A stretch of DNA of 64,000 nt from Sedimentisphaerales bacterium (GTDB lineage: Bacteria; Planctomycetota; Phycisphaerae; Sedimentisphaerales; SM23-30). Made by a program: the position numbers and the translations under genes. Shown here piece after piece: positions 61,683 to 64,000 of this stretch. How positions within the stretch are numbered: the first letter of the stretch is position 1; each line of letters opens with the position of its first letter. The stretch covers positions 1-64,000 of the forward strand of contig CAXXFK010000002.1 of assembly GCA_963663965.2 (NCBI GenBank), in the 5' to 3' direction. The notes under the pieces are model-generated. The model was given only the letters and a program-made list of their open reading frames with translations, had not been told where the DNA came from and did not search any database.

Positions 61683-61698
61683 TGGCATGGCGATTGCT
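61683..61698 (+). promoter_or_regulatory. sigma54 (-24/-12) promoter of hsdR
   Basis: TGGCAT-GGCGA-TTGCT matches TGGCAC-N5-TTGCW at the correct spacing, about 80 nt before the hsdR ATG. Confidence 0.8.
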
Positions 61699-61779
61699 TT
61701 ATCTTCTGGCATGGACAAAACCCTGCAACATAATCAATCAGAAGCCAGCCAACCCGAGCGACGGGGGGGCGAAGAGATC

Positions 61780-64000
61780 ATGAAATCGATCAACTTTGAA
61801 TTTCTTCGCACGGACTGGCAACAACTGGCCTCTTTGGCTGGTTTCGCGGAATATTACAGCCATCAAGATCCGGTCAGCTCCTTGATCAAGATGCGAACCT
61901 ATCTGGAGCAGATCGTTGAGTTGGTTTATGACCGCTTCGGCTTTTCCCGGCCGTATAATCCCAGTCTGCATGAGTTATTGAATGCCGATGAATTTAAGCG
62001 GGTTATTCCTACCACCGTGCAGACGATTATGCACGCTATTCGGGTTAATGGCAATCGGGCCGTCCATCGCAACGAGGGAACCACAGAAAAGGCATTACAG
62101 GCTATCAAGGATGGATTTCACCTGGCCCAATGGGTATTTCTGACCTTCACCCAGCAGGATAAATCGGCTCTGCCGGTTTACCGTGAACCCACCCCTGAAG
62201 ATTTTGGCCTGACCGCCAAGGCCGAACTCAAGCGCCAGAAAAAGAGTCTGCTGCAAAAGCTGGAAGCCCAGGAAATCCAGATGCAACAGCTTCTGGATGA
62301 ACTGACCCTGGCCCGCGAGCAGGCCCAGGCCGCTCAATTATCTGAGCAGGAGATGCGGGCACAGATTCAGGCCGCCCAATATTCATGCAGCGTGCTGGAT
62401 TTTTCAGAGGCTGAAACCCGAAAGTACCTGATTGATGTCATGTTGGCCGAAGCCGGGTGGCAGGTGGGCCAGAATGGTCAGAATACCACCGAGGTGGGGC
62501 AGGAGGTGGAGATCCCGCACCAATCCACCCAAACGGGCATTGGGTATGCCGATTATGTTCTCTATGAAGAGGATGGCCATACCCCCCTGGCGGTGATTGA
62601 AGCCAAGAAAACCGCCAAAGATGTCAACGAAGGGCGCCAGCAGGCAAAATCTTATGCCGATGGTTTGGAACAGGAAACCGAACACCGTCCATTAATATTT
62701 TATACCAATGGATTCGATCTATGGCTTTGGGATGACAAGCAGGGATATGTTCCCCGTCAGATTTGGGGATTTTATTCCAAGGATAGTATCCGGTTTGTAT
62801 TGCGGCAACGATTGGCGGCTCAGGATCTGCAAACTGTCGATCTGGACTCAAACATTATTGACCGGACCTATCAGACTGAAGCAGTCCGGCGTATATTGGA
62901 GACCTTTCAGAACCGCCGGCGTAAGGCGCTTATTGTCCAGGCAACCGGAACCGGTAAAACCCGGGTGGCGATTGCCCTCAGTGAGGCGTTGATCCGGGCC
63001 GGCTGGGTTAAACGAATATTATTCCTGTGCGACCGGCGGGAGCTGAGAAAACAGGCCAAAGATACTTTTACCCGATTTTTGCCCAATGAGCCGGTGGTTT
63101 ACATCAACGCCTCCACCAGTCTGCAAACCCATCACAAGGTTTATCTGGCCACCTACCCGGCGATGATGAAGTGTTACACCAACTTCGATCCGGGCTTTTT
63201 TGACCTGATTATCGCGGATGAATCCCATCGCAGTATTTACAACCGCTACCGGGATCTGTTTTACTGGTATGATGCCCTGCAGGTAGGTTTAACGGCCACG
63301 CCGGTCAGTCAGATCCTGAAAAATACCTACGATTTGTTTGAGTGCCCGGCGGACAATCCCACCGCCCATTACGACTATGACACAGCCGTTAACGAAAAAT
63401 ACTTGTGTCGTTTTGAGGTCAAGACCTTTACCACACCGTTTTTACGCAAGGGAATCAAATATTCCCAGATGAGCAAGGAACAGCGTGAGCAGCTTGAAGC
63501 CCAGGAGGCCGTCCCGCAGGATATCGAATATGAGCAGAGCCTGGTTGACAAACATATCTTCAACCGGGACACCAACAAGCTGATCCTGAAGAATCTGATG
63601 GACAATGGGATCCGGATCAAGGATGGCAGCCAGATCGGCAAGACCATTATCTTTGCCCGCAGCCACAATCACGCGATTCTGTTGCAAAAGCTGTTTGATG
63701 AGATGTATCCCCAATATGGAGGTAATTTCTGCCGGGTAATCGACAATTACGATCCCCGCGCCAGTGAACTGATTGACGATTTCAAAGGGATTGGCCGCAA
63801 CCATGACCTGACCATTGCCATATCCGTGGATATGCTCGACACTGGCATCGATGTACCGGAGATTGTGAATCTGGTGTTCGCCAAGCCGATCTATTCCTAT
63901 GTCAAATTCTGGCAGATGATCGGGCGCGGAACCCGGTTATGTGAAAACCTGTTTGGACCCGGCCAACACAAAACGGCCTTTCGGATTTTTGATCATTGGG
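61780..64000 (+). CDS. hsdR: type I restriction enzyme R subunit (EcoKI/EcoAI-like) with N-terminal DUF4145/HEPN-like domain; 3'-partial
   Basis: Manual translation from ATG 61780: MKSINFEFL..., GNRAVH, ADYVL...VIEAKK, ATGTGKT, ADESHRS, LTATP, DMLDTGIDV, QMIGRGTR. Absent from the ORF track, presumably because it has no stop in the window. Confidence 0.93.
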   Translation, partial: MKSINFEFLRTDWQQLASLAGFAEYYSHQDPVSSLIKMRTYLEQIVELVYDRFGFSRPYNPSLHELLNADEFKRVIPTTVQTIMHAIRVNGNRAVHRNEGTTEKALQAIKDGFHLAQWVFLTFTQQDKSALPVYREPTPEDFGLTAKAELKRQKKSLLQKLEAQEIQMQQLLDELTLAREQAQAAQLSEQEMRAQIQAAQYSCSVLDFSEAETRKYLIDVMLAEAGWQVGQNGQNTTEVGQEVEIPHQSTQTGIGYADYVLYEEDGHTPLAVIEAKKTAKDVNEGRQQAKSYADGLEQETEHRPLIFYTNGFDLWLWDDKQGYVPRQIWGFYSKDSIRFVLRQRLAAQDLQTVDLDSNIIDRTYQTEAVRRILETFQNRRRKALIVQATGTGKTRVAIALSEALIRAGWVKRILFLCDRRELRKQAKDTFTRFLPNEPVVYINASTSLQTHHKVYLATYPAMMKCYTNFDPGFFDLIIADESHRSIYNRYRDLFYWYDALQVGLTATPVSQILKNTYDLFECPADNPTAHYDYDTAVNEKYLCRFEVKTFTTPFLRKGIKYSQMSKEQREQLEAQEAVPQDIEYEQSLVDKHIFNRDTNKLILKNLMDNGIRIKDGSQIGKTIIFARSHNHAILLQKLFDEMYPQYGGNFCRVIDNYDPRASELIDDFKGIGRNHDLTIAISVDMLDTGIDVPEIVNLVFAKPIYSYVKFWQMIGRGTRLCENLFGPGQHKTAFRIFDHW

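Larger units (their letters stand above)
34606..64000. mobile_element. integrative element/genomic island at tRNA-His; right end not in the window
   Basis: Tyrosine integrase abutting the tRNA 3' end, then AlpA-like HTHs, primase, ATPase, defence genes and IS elements. No housekeeping genes and no second tRNA 3' fragment seen. Confidence 0.85.

Noticed and set aside
34606..64000. prophage, or attR within the window
   Set aside because: No capsid, terminase or tail genes; no second copy of the tRNA-His 3' end found by eye.

Overview
Bacterial chromosomal window, most consistent with a planctomycete (Phycisphaerae-like; inferred from gene content and protein style, not from a marker gene). 1-34.5 kb is housekeeping: lptD and comEC (both frameshifted, probably read errors), purC, an aroD-aroE fusion, panB, htrA, holA, psd, eno, rpe, pgk, gap, accD. 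From tRNA-His (34531-34605) to the window end lies an integrated genomic island. Its left arm (34.5-47.5 kb, all minus strand) encodes a tyrosine integrase that reads through the tRNA antisense, two AlpA/MerR-like HTHs, a solo RuvB-like ATPase, an SPL-like radical SAM, an AEP-type primase, a vWA-PP2C-kinase (TerY-P) triad and a membrane-anchored HerA/VirB4-like ATPase fused to a PD-(D/E)xK nuclease. The right arm is a defence/mobile-element stack: a decayed IS1182, a NACHT-HEAT protein, a group II intron relic split by an intact IS66, an IS256 whose left inverted repeat is split by a full group II intron, and an RtcR/CARF-type sigma54 activator followed by a sigma54 promoter and a type I HsdR that runs off the end. 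No CRISPR array or rRNA was seen. All calls are by eye from motifs; no searches were run.
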